Assembly (NCBI RefSeq): GCF_036321535.1
Contig: NC_087447.1
Coordinates: forward strand, 39,372,001 to 39,436,000
Direction: 5' to 3'
Origin: Camelus dromedarius
Taxonomy: Eukaryota
Length of the DNA: 64,000 nt
The stretch's first letter is position 1, and each line of letters opens with the position of its first letter. The notes below the pieces were generated by a model, which was not told where the DNA came from, did not search any database, and saw only the letters and a program-made list of their open reading frames with translations. This document shows positions 36,873 to 49,545 of this stretch, in pieces. The translations under genes were made by a program, and so were the position numbers.

Positions 36873-37319
36873 TTGATAGAAAGGGGTGCGGTTTGATCCT
36901 GAGGTAGAGTTTCAGGTCTGAAAGGTTTTCTTAGCCATCAAAAGGCTGCCCCTTGTTAAGAAAATCTATGATAAGGGCCACATGTGCCAAGAACTAGGGA
37001 GCAAAACAATAGGCATACCCCACAGACCACAGGAATCTCAGGAATGCTGTCGCTCCAATGCCATAAAAACCTTGATTTGCAACATCCAGATTTCTTGCAG
37101 AGGAATGATGGGAGCAAGTTAAGCTCAACCTTCCAGTGCTTTGTACTCAGCAGTATAATCACATGGTCCAAGTAAGGTGAGTCTGAGTCAGGGAAGCTGT
37201 CCTCCTCATTCTGTGACACGTTATGTTGATGGGTGGTGAAACTGCACAATTCCCCCTCCCCTTTCAGCTTTTCTGTATTTTCTAAATTCTCTATAGTGCA
37301 TAGGTTGCTTTTGTTCACG

Positions 37320-37720
37320 TATCTGTTAGGAACGTGTTGTTCAGCTATAAGAGTTAAAAAAATTGGCCAACAGTAGTTTGAACAAATAGGGATTTATTTG
37401 TCTCAAAAACAAGAAGTCACTGGGTAGAGAGCCAGTTTCACAGTGCTGTCAGAGACTCACATTTTCTGTCTTAGATGTAGGCCTTAGTCCTCATGATTGT
37501 AACCTTATCATCATGAGATAGCTGCTGCTCCTCCAGGCTTCATGCTCATGTTAAAGGCAGGAAGGAAAAGGAAAAGGAAGAAGGAAGTGGTGACACCTTT
37601 ATTAGGAAAACAGAAGCTTTTCCCGAACTCCATTGTAATGGTCTGCTGATGTCTCATTGGCCATGACTACCCCTAGGTGCAAGGGAGCCTGGAAAGGTGA
37701 CAATTTCTATAAGGTGCATT
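37320..37720 (-). mobile_element. Old MLT1 (J/K-like) LTR
   Basis: GATAGCTGCTGCTCCTCCAGGC...TCTCATTGGCCA...CCCCTAGGTGCAAGGGAGCCTGGAAA. Confidence 0.6.
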
Positions 37721-37739
37721 GTTGCATGAAACATTCTAA

Positions 37740-37938
37740 AGGGAGGCTGGCAAAGGATGGCCCATTGCCTGTGTCCGTAAATAAAGCTTTATTAGAACAC
37801 AACCACATTCATTTATTTACATATTGCCTATGGCTGCTTTTGGTACAACAGTAGAATTGAGTACCACAGACCACATGGCGGCAAAGCTAAAAGTGTTTAC
37901 TATCTGGCCCTTTAGAGAAAAAGTTTATGGACCCCTAA
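37740..37938. mobile_element. MER58A-like hAT-Charlie transposon
   Basis: GTAAATAAAGCTTTATTAGAACACAACCAC...TTTACTATCTGGCCCTTTAGAGAAAAAGTTT...GACCCCT. Confidence 0.88.
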
Positions 37939-39499
37939 TCTAAGGGAGAAGGGGACAAGGATAGATGTTGAGAGGCAACTAGTAAGTAAGGAGAAAAAAA
38001 GATCCAGCACTAAGTAGGCAGTGAGTAACCCTTGAGGAGCACCTGTCATTGTGAGGAGAAGTTGTCCTAATGCACACATCCCACAAAGAAAAGGACAGGT
38101 GTTTAAAAAGAAAAACAAAAACCTAGGTTAGAAAGGAACCTATTGAAACAACTACATTTCTATACAGTTTCCGGGCCCTGCTGGGCACTAGCCCTGATGT
38201 CTGAAGGGCAACAATTTAATCCTCTAACCCTATTATTTTCTCATCATTTTCTGGCTCATTAGGGCAGAGGAGAAATCTCTTCAGGTTTCATAAGTCCCTT
38301 TTTAGGCTTTTTAAAAAGAAAGCAGTAAGGTGAGCGGGCTGCGTGAAGCAATCTCCATTCTCTGTCCTCACCCCACAATGAAAGGGAAATGTAACACTGC
38401 CTTATAAGTTACACTGAGAGGAAATAGCCCTCATTGTATCTGAGAAAATGTGTGGTGGGAGCTGGAAAAGAGACCACAGGATCCTGGGGAATGTGCCCTC
38501 TGAGCTTTTGTACAAGTCCCAGTGGCCACTGGTGTATTCGCTTAGGTTCCTTCTAATAGTCTCACTGTACAAACAGATCGTTTTATACCTTTGAGTTGCC
38601 TTGACTATGAAAGATCAGCCCAAGTAACCTGGCAAATAAACAGTGCTGATCTTCCTTAATCCTAAATAAGAAAAATAAATCCATCTCAAGACAAAGATGA
38701 CACAAAAGTCTCATGCCAGTCTCTGGTTGACCTTGACTTAGCAATGAGAAGGGGGCAATGCACTTCCAGGCTGCCAAGACTCAGGTTCTTCCCGCTGGGA
38801 CGTCTGTCTGCAGTAACGATCATGGCGGCCCTTCACAATTTACATTCCAGATGCCTAAGGCAGTGTTTTAAGACTGAGGCCAACCTTGGGCCCTTGGCTT
38901 ATAAGGAATCCTCCTTCCTCATGGCTGCCAGAGGAATCTATTCTCAAACACAAATCTGATGAGGCATTTGGTGAGTTTTGTCTTGTGAATGAACAATGGT
39001 TGATGTCTGAGGCACCTGTATGCAGATGAGTGCTGAGTCTGTGTTTGAACTGGGTATCACTAATTTGAGAGGTCTGTGTGGATGTGGAAAGGGAGACATG
39101 GTGTCACAAATCCAGGTGTTCATCATGATTGCCTATAGTATAGCCTTAACCTCCCTGTAATATGGCTCCTGCCAGCCTCTCCAGGCTCCTCCTGCTCCAA
39201 ATTTATCAAAACCTCCTTCAAGGTCAGTTCAACCCTAACCTTTCCTGTCACACTTTTTCTGATTTATTCAGGCTTTCATCTCTGTATTCAGAAAGCACCA
39301 AATATATATTTCAAAAACACCATGTTGATGAAATAATCTGTTTTACCTTTCTAGTTCACCTACCAAACTAGAAGTTTTCAAGGGAAGCTGTGTAAACTCT
39401 GTGTCTCTAGCACAATTCCTGGCACCTAGTAGGCACTTAATAAGGTTTTGCTGTTTTTGCTGAAATTTCCTTCACAGGCGGATGGAGATTGTAGGTTTT

Positions 39500-40140
39500 T
39501 CCTAGGGCAGGGATCAAAGCAAGGAAACCTTCACAGAAAAGATTCTGTGTGAGCTGTTTTGAAGGACAAAGAGTGATTAGCTAGATGAAATAGGAGAATG
39601 AGCTTACTGGAAGAGAAAACAACGTTTGCAAATGCATCAAGGCATGAAACAGTGTGATGTATCCAGGAAACTGTAAGGGCTCTGCCAAGGAGGAGTAGAA
39701 GGTGAAGAAGCTGGTCTTGGCCAGATAGTGAAGAGTCTCGCGAGCTAAAACAAAGACTCTAAGCCTCGTCTTGAAGCTGAAGAGGACCAGTGAAAGTTGG
39801 AAACAGGGAAGCAACAGGGTGATACTTGAATTTAGGAAAGGTCACTCTGTTTGCAGAGTAGATGATGCCTTGGTAAAGGGAAGGCTTGAGGCAAGAACCA
39901 TTTTTATTACAACAATCCAGAGGAGAAAAGCTGAACAGAGAATGGAGAGGAGCAACTGATGGAGAGCTTTTTAGAAGACAGAAGCTATGGGAATGGGTGT
40001 CTTGGATAGCAGAGTTGAGGGAGCTCTGACTGACTCTGGCTTGGGAAACTATGTAGAAATTGTGCCTTTCATCAAGATGAGGCCTCTAGAAGAGGAAGTG
40101 TGACGAGAAAGATGACAAGTTAATTTAGGTGTGTTTTGTC
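39500..40140 (-). mobile_element. L2 LINE fragment
   Basis: TTTAGGAAAGGTCACTCTG...CAATCCAGAGGAGA...TCTGGCTTGGGAAACT. Confidence 0.7.
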
Positions 40141-40849
40141 GTCAACTTTCTCAAGCTGTTGGAATTGGGAATTTTTGGGTGGGAATTCTATTATCCCCTG
40201 CAAAATAATGAGCAGCTTTTTATGTTAAATTCATTATCTTCTAGCATCCATTGTTGATGATGGGAATTCTTATGCTGGTCTGGTTTTTATTCCTTTATCT
40301 ACTGACTATTTCTTCAGAAGTTTTTCTTTTTGTATTTTATGTGTGGGTTTTTGGTTTTCATCTTGTTCAGAGCTGACAGAGCCTTTCAATTCTCAGTCTC
40401 ATGTCTACCTTCTACTATGGAAAACACTCATACTATTTCTATTAATTCATTAATTCCATCTGGATTGGGCCATCTGGATTGAGCCTCTGTGTCTCTTTTG
40501 TTTTCCTTCATATTTACTGTAAGTTTATATTTCTTACATTTGAGAGATTTTTCTAAACTTTGTCATCCAAACTTTATTTGAATTTTTCATTTTGGAGATC
40601 TTTTTTTTTCATTTCCAAAATCTTTTTCTCTCCGGTTGTTCTTTCTTCATAGCATCTTTCTTAAAATAATTATTTTATGGTTGTAATATTGTCTCACATT
40701 TTTTATGAAGATACTTATTAGCATTTTAAAAATAAGTTTCCTTCTGTTTTCCAAAGTATACTTTTCCTTTTAAGTAAGATTATTGGTAAAGCTTTCCCTT
40801 TCTTTTTCACGTCAGGTTCTCTGATGTCTGGCTGTATCATTCACGGTTC

Positions 40850-41326
40850 TCACAATTTGTCTCTTGATGACAAACTCAAATTGAGTACTCAAGGAGAGTT
40901 TGATAAAGAGATTATTTATCAAGGTTTAGGAAAACCAGTGCGGGTTAATGTGGCATCTTGGGGCTAGCAACTGCTGGAAGCCATTACCTGCCGTAGGCCA
41001 GAAAGATCAAGAGGAGAGAGTTATTACAGGAAGGCATAGAGGACAGCTGTCTAGGTAAAGCTGTGTGGCAGGAGCTGTGGTCTCATAGAGGGACAAAGCC
41101 AACCCACAGCAACTCAAAAGGGAAGGATCCAGGGAAATAAATAGCCTGGCATCACCGTTCTCCCTCCTTCCCGTCTCCCACCAGTAACTCCCATGAATGT
41201 TACCAAGAAAGAAGCTGGAGGGCAAGGAAGCTCATTGATGCCGTCCACAAATGCCAGCATCCTGGCTACACAGCAGGGAGAAGGGTATAGTGGATGTGGA
41301 GGGACAGGCAGAGGTAATCAGCACAG
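40850..41326. mobile_element. Old ERVL-class LTR (family unresolved)
   Basis: GGATGTGGAGGGACAGGCAGAGGTAATCAGCACA terminus; a GC-richer block inside AT-rich L1 sequence. Confidence 0.45.
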
Positions 41327-41559
41327 CAGTGATCCTTAGTTAGCAGTTCACGTGGGAAGTCCAAACAGTAGAGGACTGGGAGTCCTGGGGTACGTGGGTG
41401 GGATTTTTGAACAATGTTTACTTTAGGGCAGGGAACCTATTATGAAACTTGGGAACTCCAAAACTGCAGAATGTGGAGAATGTTATTATGGGGCTCCAAT
41501 TTCCCCCATTAACTGCCCTGATTCTTCCTGGATACATGGCTCATATTTTCTTTCCATAA

Positions 41560-42360
41560 TATCTTAAAGAGATGACTTCATTTTCTTCATTGCTGAAGAG
41601 CTGATAACTTCATTATTCTTATATGCCAAAAGAATTGTTTCTTTTTCTTTAAAGTCTACTAATTACTAGACTATATCTTGGTGATGTTTTTTGAGGTCAG
41701 TATTCTTTGGTATGTGATGTGCTTTTCAATATATTTCATAGCTTTTTTTAAAGGAAAGTTTTATTGAATTATAGTTTGTAATATTTGTTGTGTACTCTTG
41801 TTTTTTTCATTCAAGGACTCCTGTTACCTGCATGTTAAATCTTCTTTGTCTATCTTCAAATATATATCTTTAATTCTTTTTATCTCTCTTTTTGTTTTAA
41901 TTTGATTTTTTAAAATTATCTGTTTTGGTTATTCACTCTTGTGTTCCTTCTAGTTTATTCTTTATTTCTAAGAATATTTTTTCTTCTATTTATAATTTTT
42001 TTCTTTGAGTGTTATTATCTCATTTCTGAGGTTTTTGAATTCTAATTTATGTTGGTTTTTTTTCCATGTCCTTCACGGTTTTCTTTGTGTCTTTTAGCTA
42101 ATTCTGAAATAGAAAGCTATGGTCTTGATCTTTTCTGTGGGAACAACAGTCTAGCATTCTTTCATTGTCTGTTGGGATGATATTATGGTTGTTATTCTCT
42201 TTCTTCTTATAATAATTTTGTGTTATATTTGACCTCAGTCATTTTCAGTTGCTCATTTCAATGCAAAATTAACTTTCCTGAACTTTTAAAGGGGTCATGG
42301 TTCAAGATAGCTTTATTTTCTTTATGTTCACAGAGTTCCCTCCTCTGTTGTTTTCATGTA
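41560..42360 (-). mobile_element. Old L1 ORF1/5' region relic
   Basis: Very T-rich; GGACTCCTGTTACCTGCATGTTAAATCTTCTTTG resembles antisense L1M ORF1 regions. Confidence 0.55.
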
Positions 42361-42365
42361 GTAAA

Positions 42366-42627
42366 GAGAAAAGCAAATTCAAATCTAAAACAAGTACCTG
42401 TTGCTCTTAGGACAAATAATTTTTTCCTCCATGACAGGAGGAATTGAGTGCAACCAATTGCCCTCAGGGTAGAATACCGCATTAGGTGTTCAGTGTTGGT
42501 CACTGCTACTGGCCAGCTGAATACTTAGCAGAAGCCAGTCAGCCTTGGTGAGGGTGAATCCACCATGCTACACTGTCATAGCTTCTGTCTCTGCAACCAT
42601 CGTGACTTTGTTTATGAGACCATTGAG
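42366..42627 (-). pseudogene. Degenerate ERV-L-like pol (integrase N-terminal region)
   Basis: Minus-strand pieces QWSHKQSHDGCRD, FTLTKAD, Q*Q*PTLNT*CGILP and LLSWRKKLFVLRATGTCFRFEFAF match, in order, recalled ERV-L Pol (QWAHEQSGHGGRD, LPLTKAD, QQQRPTLSPRYGTIP, LPSWKGQRFVLTGIDTYSGYGFAF). Confidence 0.8.
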
Positions 42628-42979
42628 AAGGCAAAAGGATGGCTAGGGAAGAGGTTGAAGGACATAAAAGGGCAGCTTCTCTTATCTATCTAATCAATAC
42701 TGCCTTTCTGATTATCTCTTATGCCTTAACATTTCCCTTTGTTAAGACTCTTCTAATTAGAATTCCAGTTCTGATGCCTATTATGGCAACCATGCCAACT
42801 TTGCTTCTGGTAATTGAGCACTACTATATGGCTTCTGCCACCCTGGCCTCCTTGTCCATATTGAAAATAGGAGGTCAATTTTAACTGCAGCACTTCCTAC
42901 CACAAAGCCCACTACAGTGCTGTTCAAAGACATTGGGTTTGCTTTTAGCAACACTGAAGGGTAAAAGTTAATGGACTCC

Positions 42980-43680
42980 TTGTAGTTTGGTGCAGCCATT
43001 ATGGAAAACAGTATGGAGATTCCTTAAAAAACTAAAAATAGATTTACCATATGATCCAGCAATCCCACTCCTGGGCATATATCCAGAGGGATCTCTAATT
43101 TGAAAAGATACATTCACACCAATGTTCATAGAAGCGCTATTTACAATAATCAAGATGAGGAAGCAACCTAAATGTCCATCAACAGTTACATGTATAAAGA
43201 AGTTGTGGTATATATATACAATGGAATACTACTCAGCCATAAAAAAGAACAAAATAATGCCATTTGCAGCAATATGGACAGACCTGGAGACCATCATACT
43301 AAGTGAAGTAAGCCAGAAAGAGGAAGAAAAATACCATCACTTATATGTGGAATCTAAAAGAATCACACAAATTAACTTATTTACAAAACAGAAACAGACT
43401 CGCAGACATAGAAAACAAACTTATGGTTACCAGCGGGGAAAGAGGGTGGGAAAGGATAAACTGGGAGTTTGAGATTTGCAGATACTAACTACTATATATG
43501 AAATAGATAAACAACAAGGTCTTACTGTATTGCACAGGGAACTATATTCAACACCTTGTAACCTATAATGAAAAAGAATATGAAAACAAATATATGTATT
43601 TATATGTATGACTGAAACATTATCCTGTACACCAGAAATTGATACAACATTTTAAACTGACTATACTTCAATAAAAAAAG
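42980..43680 (+). mobile_element. 5'-truncated young L1 (ORF2 C-terminus, 3' UTR, A tail)
   Basis: ORF 43122-43472 (MFIEALFTI...QPKCPS...[15 protein letters not shown]...ILSEVSQ) is the L1 ORF2 C-terminus; ends CTTCAATAAAAAAA. Confidence 0.95.
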
Positions 43681-43719
43681 AATGCAAAAAATAATAATAT
43701 TTGGAGTTTTGAAGACTCG

Positions 43720-43922
43720 GAATAAAAAAATGAACAACATATACCCTTGGCTATTTTGTGTATTGGTTACATGTTTAAATAATAATATTTTGGACATGTT
43801 AGGTTAAATAAAGTATATTATTAAAATTAATTTGACCTGATTTTTCTTACTTTTTTAATGTAGCTATTAGAATATTTGAAATTAACATGTGGCTTACAGT
43901 ATGTATCTATTGGACAACACTG
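43720..43922. mobile_element. MER3/MER33-like hAT-Charlie transposon
   Basis: GGTTAAATAAAGTATATTATTAAAATTAATTT...ACATGTGGCTTAC...TATTGGACAACACTG. Confidence 0.8.
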
Positions 43923-44029
43923 TTCTTAGTAAAAATTACATAATAGAGAAAAGTATGTTTTCAGACGATGTTATGTGACAGGATGCTTTTATGATTTAAT
44001 ATTATGTGCAAAACAGCATGCAAACTTGT

Positions 44030-44570
44030 AATGGGGCGAACTGACATCATGGGTCTCCTGATGAGATGTACCAAAAAGAACACATCACTCAGAAAGTATT
44101 TCTGCCTGAAGTATATGGCCTGAATCTAATCAGGAGGAAACATCAGACAAACCCAAATTGAGGGACCGTCTAGCCTGAACTCTCTCCAAATATATTGTCA
44201 TAAAAGATAAAGAAAGGCTGAGAAATGATCCTAGATTAAGGGAATTTAACAATCAAATTTTAAAAAAAAGCTCTAAAGGACATTATTGGGACATTTGGCA
44301 AAACCTAAATATGGACTATGTAACCATATTATCTTCATGTTAAATGTCCTGATTTTGATCATTGTGCTAAGGTTAAGTAAGAGACTGTCCTTGTTCATAA
44401 AAAACGTACAATGAAAAATATTCAGAGGTAAAGGATCACTGTATGCAATTCATTCTCAAATGGTTCAGCAATAGTTATGGTAGGTATACACCTATGTATG
44501 TGTATATGAAGAAAAAGAAATTCATTGAACTATTTTTACATCTTTTCCATAAATTTGAAAATATTTTGAG
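44030..44570 (+). mobile_element. L1MC-like 3' UTR
   Basis: AATCTAATCAGGAGGAAACATCAGACAAACCCAAATTGAGGGAC...CCTGATTTTGATCATTGT. Confidence 0.8.
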
Positions 44571-44659
44571 AGTAGGATTTTTAAGTATAATTTTTTAAAA
44601 AGCACATGAGAGGAAGCACTATTGAAAGTGCCAAAATTTCTCATTCTTAAATAGTAGCA

Positions 44660-45320
44660 CCCTTAGATCCAAGCAAGAGGGGTCCCTGCCCTGCACCTTG
44701 TACTTTAGAGGGTCCCATCTCACCCCTCTCTGGCTGTGACCCTCCCAACAGGATGAGAAGACTGCAGAGCCAAAAAGATTTGCCCATTCAGAGCCCACAA
44801 ACCCCATTCTAGAGCAGATTCAAGTATCCAAACCTTGAAATTCCCTGCCATGTGACCCAGAGCCCACTTCCAGACTTGCGTGTGCCTGCTGCCTAGGTCC
44901 ATCTGCCTAAGAGTGGAGCAGGACAATGGGGTGCACACCCCTGAGGGACAGGTGTTTGGAGGCAGCATAGCATGAAGCTGGGACATGAAGGCAGGGTATC
45001 CACATGCATTCAAGGGACTCTCCTAACAGTGCAGGATGGAGCCAGGGGTGGGAAGGGAAGGGAGCTGGCTGCAGGGTGGGAGCCAGAGGCCCCCTCTCCC
45101 CATACCACCTGTTTAGGTGGGGTACCCCAAGGAATCTGAGACCTGGCCTTGTAGGTTGCTGTGTAGGTTGATTTGTATAAGTCAGATGACAAAATGCATT
45201 TTATACACAGTTTGCCAGCCTGATGTACACCTTCCAAGTACCTGGGCCCAGTTCCACTTGGTATGTGGACTTGTGTTTGTGTTCTTTCCCCAGGCCCTGC
45301 TATGTTGGGAGCGTGATGAG
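44660..45320. mobile_element. Zaphod-like hAT-Tip100 DNA transposon
   Basis: GGATGGAGCCAGGGGTGGGAAGGGAAGGGAG...ACCTGGCCTT...ATTTTATACACAGTTTG resembles recalled Zaphod consensus. Confidence 0.6.
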
Positions 45321-45919
45321 GGACAGGAAGCTGCAAGGAGCCTGCCTGCATAGACTTGCCACTGCCACGCCCTCTCGGTCCTCATTCCAACAGGGGAAAC
45401 TCCCCCAAACAATGGGAAAATCAGACCCTGTAATGAAAAGAGAAGATTGGCAGGAACCTGGACCAAATACATGGGGAGACTGAGATGACTCAGAAGGGTC
45501 TACAAGCCCTTGAGCAGCAGGTCCCGAGTTAAAAACACCTCTCACAGGTGAGGACAGAGCACCTTCAAGTTTGGCAAGGATCTAATCTCCAGGCTCTGAA
45601 AATATGCACATTATCTGGAAACTCTTGGGATGGACCTCCAGTCAGTCCTTCAAGCTCCTGTTATCCTAAAGGGGGTTCAAGGTGGGAGCATGAGCCTAGA
45701 GCCCAGGACTTTAGAGGCAGCCTCCTTGGAGAATTAGCAGTGCTGCATACTGAGCTCACCCATGGTCCCCAGGAAAGCCTCAAAGGGGCAGCCCTGGGGT
45801 GCTGGAAAGGCCCCAGCTTGAGGGTTCTGACTGCTTCCACCCACGGTGCTGACAGACAATGGAAGTACTGCCTTCAGGAAGGCTCACAACTCCCTAGATC
45901 GGACACTTCTAACTGGCTG

Positions 45920-46230
45920 GCTCTTTATCACTCAGGTCCCAGCTCAAATGCCATCCTCTCAGAGTCTTCCCTGAGGACCCGGCTAATGCCACAACCTGCA
46001 ACCCCAGACTCACCCCAATCATGTCTCCTTTACCCTCTGTTATCATCTTCACAGCACTTAACACTCCTGAAAGTATCTTGCTCATTTATTTCTTCCTTTA
46101 TTGCCTATCAAGCTCCCTTCTTTTATGCTAGAACTTTCATGAGAGCAGAGAGTTTTACATGTCTTATTTATCACTATAGCTTTAGTCCAATACCTGACAG
46201 AAAGCATTCAATAAACATTTTTTAAATGCA
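45920..46230 (+). mobile_element. L2 3' end
   Basis: CAGGTCCCAGCTCAAATGCCATCCTCTCAGAG...CATTCAATAAACATTT. Confidence 0.8.
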
Positions 46231-46383
46231 TATCAATAATCCAGGCCTTTCCAAATTTTCCTCCTAAGGTTTTTCCCTGTAGGGGCATAAACAGCAAGCC
46301 CAGCAAGGCCATGAAACATAGGCCCAAAGAGCTGACCGCAAGCCAAAGTTAATATGAAATATTTTTAATTCTGAAAGTTCAGT

Positions 46384-47008
46384 GTAGTAGTTTCCTGTTG
46401 TTGTATAACAAATTACCAGAAAGTTAGTGGCTTAAAACAACACAACTTTTTTATCTCACAGTTTCCACTGTCAGGAGGCCCACATGTTTTAGCAAGTCCT
46501 CTGCTCAGAGTTTCAAATGAAATAGGGGTGTCAGCTGGCCATGTCCCCATCCAGAGGCTTGACTGGGGAAAGATACACTCCCCAGCTCCCCCTGGCTGAG
46601 GAGAGAGTTCAGTTCCTTGCAGTTGTGGGACTGAGGTCCCTGCTGTCTTGCTAGCTGTAGAACAGGGGCTGCTCGTAGCCACCAGAGGCTGCTCTCAGGT
46701 CCTTGCCACGTGGCCCCCTCCACTTCAACAATGTAGAACATCCCCGCGCATCGAATTCCTCTCATGCTTCGACTCTCTCTGACTTCCACTTCTGCTACCA
46801 GCCAGAGAAAACTCTTTGCTTTTAAAGAGTTCGAGTGATTATATCAGGCCCACCTTGATAATCTCCTTATCTTAACGTCAGCTAGCCATATAAATAACCT
46901 AAACCCGGGAGTGAAATTCGTCATATTCACAGTTTTGGGGATTATTCAGGGCACATATAACTGGGGCCAGGAAATCTAGGAGGGCATCCTAGAATTTTGC
47001 CTACCACA
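46384..47008 (-). mobile_element. MLT1E-like MaLR solo LTR, near full length
   Basis: TGTAGTAGTTTCCTGTTG...AACAAATTACC...TCAGTTCCTTGCAGTTGTGGGACTGAGGTCCC...TAGAATTTTGCCTACCACA; TG...CA termini. Confidence 0.9.
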
Positions 47009-47049
47009 GTCAAATTTGTTTTTCTGTCTACCTCATTATCTATTTGTTT

Positions 47050-47350
47050 CAATAAATATGTTTATTTATACTTGTATATAAATTTATAATATAGATTGCA
47101 CATATTTATAATGTAATTTCTTGTATATTGTAATATAATATAGTATATAATTACAGTATATGTATATAATATACTATATATAATTATATATAATTATATA
47201 TATTTATGTAATATACATTATATCAAGATAGTAATATACAATCTATAGTTATATATTATTAACATGTTTGTAATACAAATATTAATGTATATATAATATG
47301 TATATATCTATATGTGTATATAATTTATATAAAACAACATTTAAATAAAA
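47050..47350. repeat. AT-rich low-complexity, degenerate (TA)n tract
   Basis: TATATATAATTATATATAATTATATA... seen directly. Confidence 0.85.
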
Positions 47351-47684
47351 TTGACTGGCTAGAGAAATGTAGGATGGTTCCTCTGGGGCATTACGTGCCC
47401 TCTGGCCACCAATGCATATCCAGTTTGGAAAGCCCAAATAGAATGATGCTGTTATTCACACAGGGATGCTGTTAAGTGAGGCAAAGTGTGAGAGAGAAAG
47501 GAGACCAGAATGTAGTGGGTGTTTCATCTACTTTTGTTGAAGCTGAATCAAAAGCCTGAGGCTCCATCACTTGAGAGTGCCCCAGACTTGGGCAGATGGT
47601 GGCGGGAAGCTGGGACATGGTGCAGGCTGGAGAGAGAGCCGCGGCCACTGTGTGGGTAGGAGAAGCAGCCTGAACTTCTGATTT

Positions 47685-47895
47685 GAAGTCTAACAGACAT
47701 TAGTTTTAATCTTGTCTCTCCCACTTGCCAGCTCTGTGTCCTTGGGTAATTCATTTAACCTGTGTCTGAGTTCTGGCTTCTCTATCTTAAAGTGGGGACA
47801 ATTAGACTTAACCTCGGTTTGCTGTATCAAATGAAATAATGGTTGGGGAAGTTCTCAGTCCATAGCTCAGATGAGGGTAGTTACTCTGTAAACGC
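47685..47895 (+). mobile_element. MIR SINE
   Basis: CACTTGCCAGCTCTGTGTCCTTGGGTAATTCATTTAACC. Confidence 0.7.
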
Positions 47896-48875
47896 TTGTG
47901 GACTTTCCCACTGAGCTAAGCCTTTCAATCAGGGCATGATGTCTCCATGAGCTTCTATCACAAGGCAGATATGGACCTAGAAGGGGTAAGACCTTACCTT
48001 GGCTCTGTGCTTAGCATCTGTTAGATAAAGAGAAAACCCTTTGATCCTGAGCAGTCAGCCTCGGTAAGGGGATGGTAGACCTAACAGAAAGCTGGAGGCA
48101 GAGGAGATGGCCCCCAGGGCAGGGATACCTGGGGATGGGAGGGGAATGTAAGAAAGTCCAGATCAAGGGTGGCCACTCCTGGGGCTCAGAACTTAGTGGG
48201 CAAACCCAGCAGGCCCTGGGAATCCCTGAGGCAGTGGAAACTCTCTACACCCATCCTTCCCAAGAGGGAGTGGAGTTGATGCCCCCAGGCCAGAAGCACA
48301 CTCCCCAACCCCAACTGTCCAGTTATTCCTCTTTGACAGTCCTCCCTCCCTTGCCCTAATTCCCTCCCCACCCACTCCCACTCTGTCATCCTAGCAGATT
48401 TCCATGCTGACCTACAAATTCAATTACCCTCCTTTGAGGACCTCTCAAAATACTTATAATTAATTGTAACCTAAAAGTGATCTATTTTTCCATAGGTGTA
48501 TTTGCAAAGTGCTAGTGTAGCAGCCCAGTGGAAGGGAATTGGAGAAGGAAGGTGCTGTCTGGAAGGGACTCCCAGAGGCTCTTGAAGGCTGGGTGGACTT
48601 GCATATCTGTAGAAGGGGGAGGGATTCCAGAGGGAGCATGGGCTGTCCACAAACATCCTGCTCTCCATCCGGACACAGGATACAATTGCATCTCTCTGCT
48701 ATTGCTTTAGAACGAGGCAGGGAGAGAGAGAGGAGAGGGAAAGAGTAGGAGCGGGGAGGAAATGTGAGAGGAGGAAAATATTTCAAAGTCTGTTTTTCAA
48801 TCTTCTTTATAGACTGTGAAGAAAGAAAATATTTGTGAGGAGTGTGGTTCTGGTGATGTGAGAAAGTAGCCTAGG

Positions 48876-48952
48876 GTGTGTGTGTGTACATGTGTGCATT
48901 TGTATGTGTGTATGTGTGTGAGAGAGACAGAGAGAGACAGAGACTGAGAGAC
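48876..48952. repeat. Compound (TG)n-(AG)n microsatellite
   Basis: Seen directly. Confidence 0.85.
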
Positions 48953-49542
48953 ACAGCAGCCAGAGAGTCTTCAAAACTCGGTCAAGCAAGAACCTGGCTG
49001 ACTAGCAGACGGCCAGGGATCTCTTTGTGCCGAGATAATGCCAATGCCTGGGTCCAGGCATTGTGACCCAACCTGTATATATTCTTTAAGTACAACTGCC
49101 TGATGAAAGTCCAAGCCAAAACCAGGAAGGATTTACAAAATCCCCACTTTCCCACCACAGAGGCATTTTCGCTAAGATCAGGGCTTACTGAGTTACTGAG
49201 TCAATGGGGTTAAGACTCCCTAAAGTCAGAGAATGCATGAGGCCTTCTTCTAAGCACTTTGGACCCCATTAATGCCCCCTGGACATCTCTAAGGTTGGAA
49301 AGTGACTCTCAGAAGGAGGAAGGGACCACCTCCTGCCAAAACAATGCTGGAATTAGTGCCCGATAGGAATCCTAAGAAATTAACCCTAGAATTTGGAATC
49401 AGGAACAGATCCCAGGTAGAGCAACTGCCCCAATACCTTGTTTACCTGCATGTGTTCTGACCTGAATAACGCTGTCTGTAATTAACCGTGATGATTGTAC
49501 TGGCATTAGCAAATCAGCTAATCGAGTCATAGGGTGATTAGT

Positions 49543-49545
<3 letters not shown>

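Noticed and set aside
40441..40485. Micro-duplications ATTAATTC x2 and CCATCTGGATTG x2
   Set aside because: Ordinary slippage inside an old L1-like relic.
43122..43472. 116-aa ORF as a host gene
   Set aside because: It is the L1 ORF2 C-terminus of a truncated element.
45548..46225. 225-aa ORF, the longest in the track
   Set aside because: Its second half is an L2 3' end and it has no recognisable domain; a chance ORF.
49489..49545. C/D snoRNA retrocopy (GTGATGA box C before the poly-A)
   Set aside because: No terminal CTGA box D and no terminal stem.
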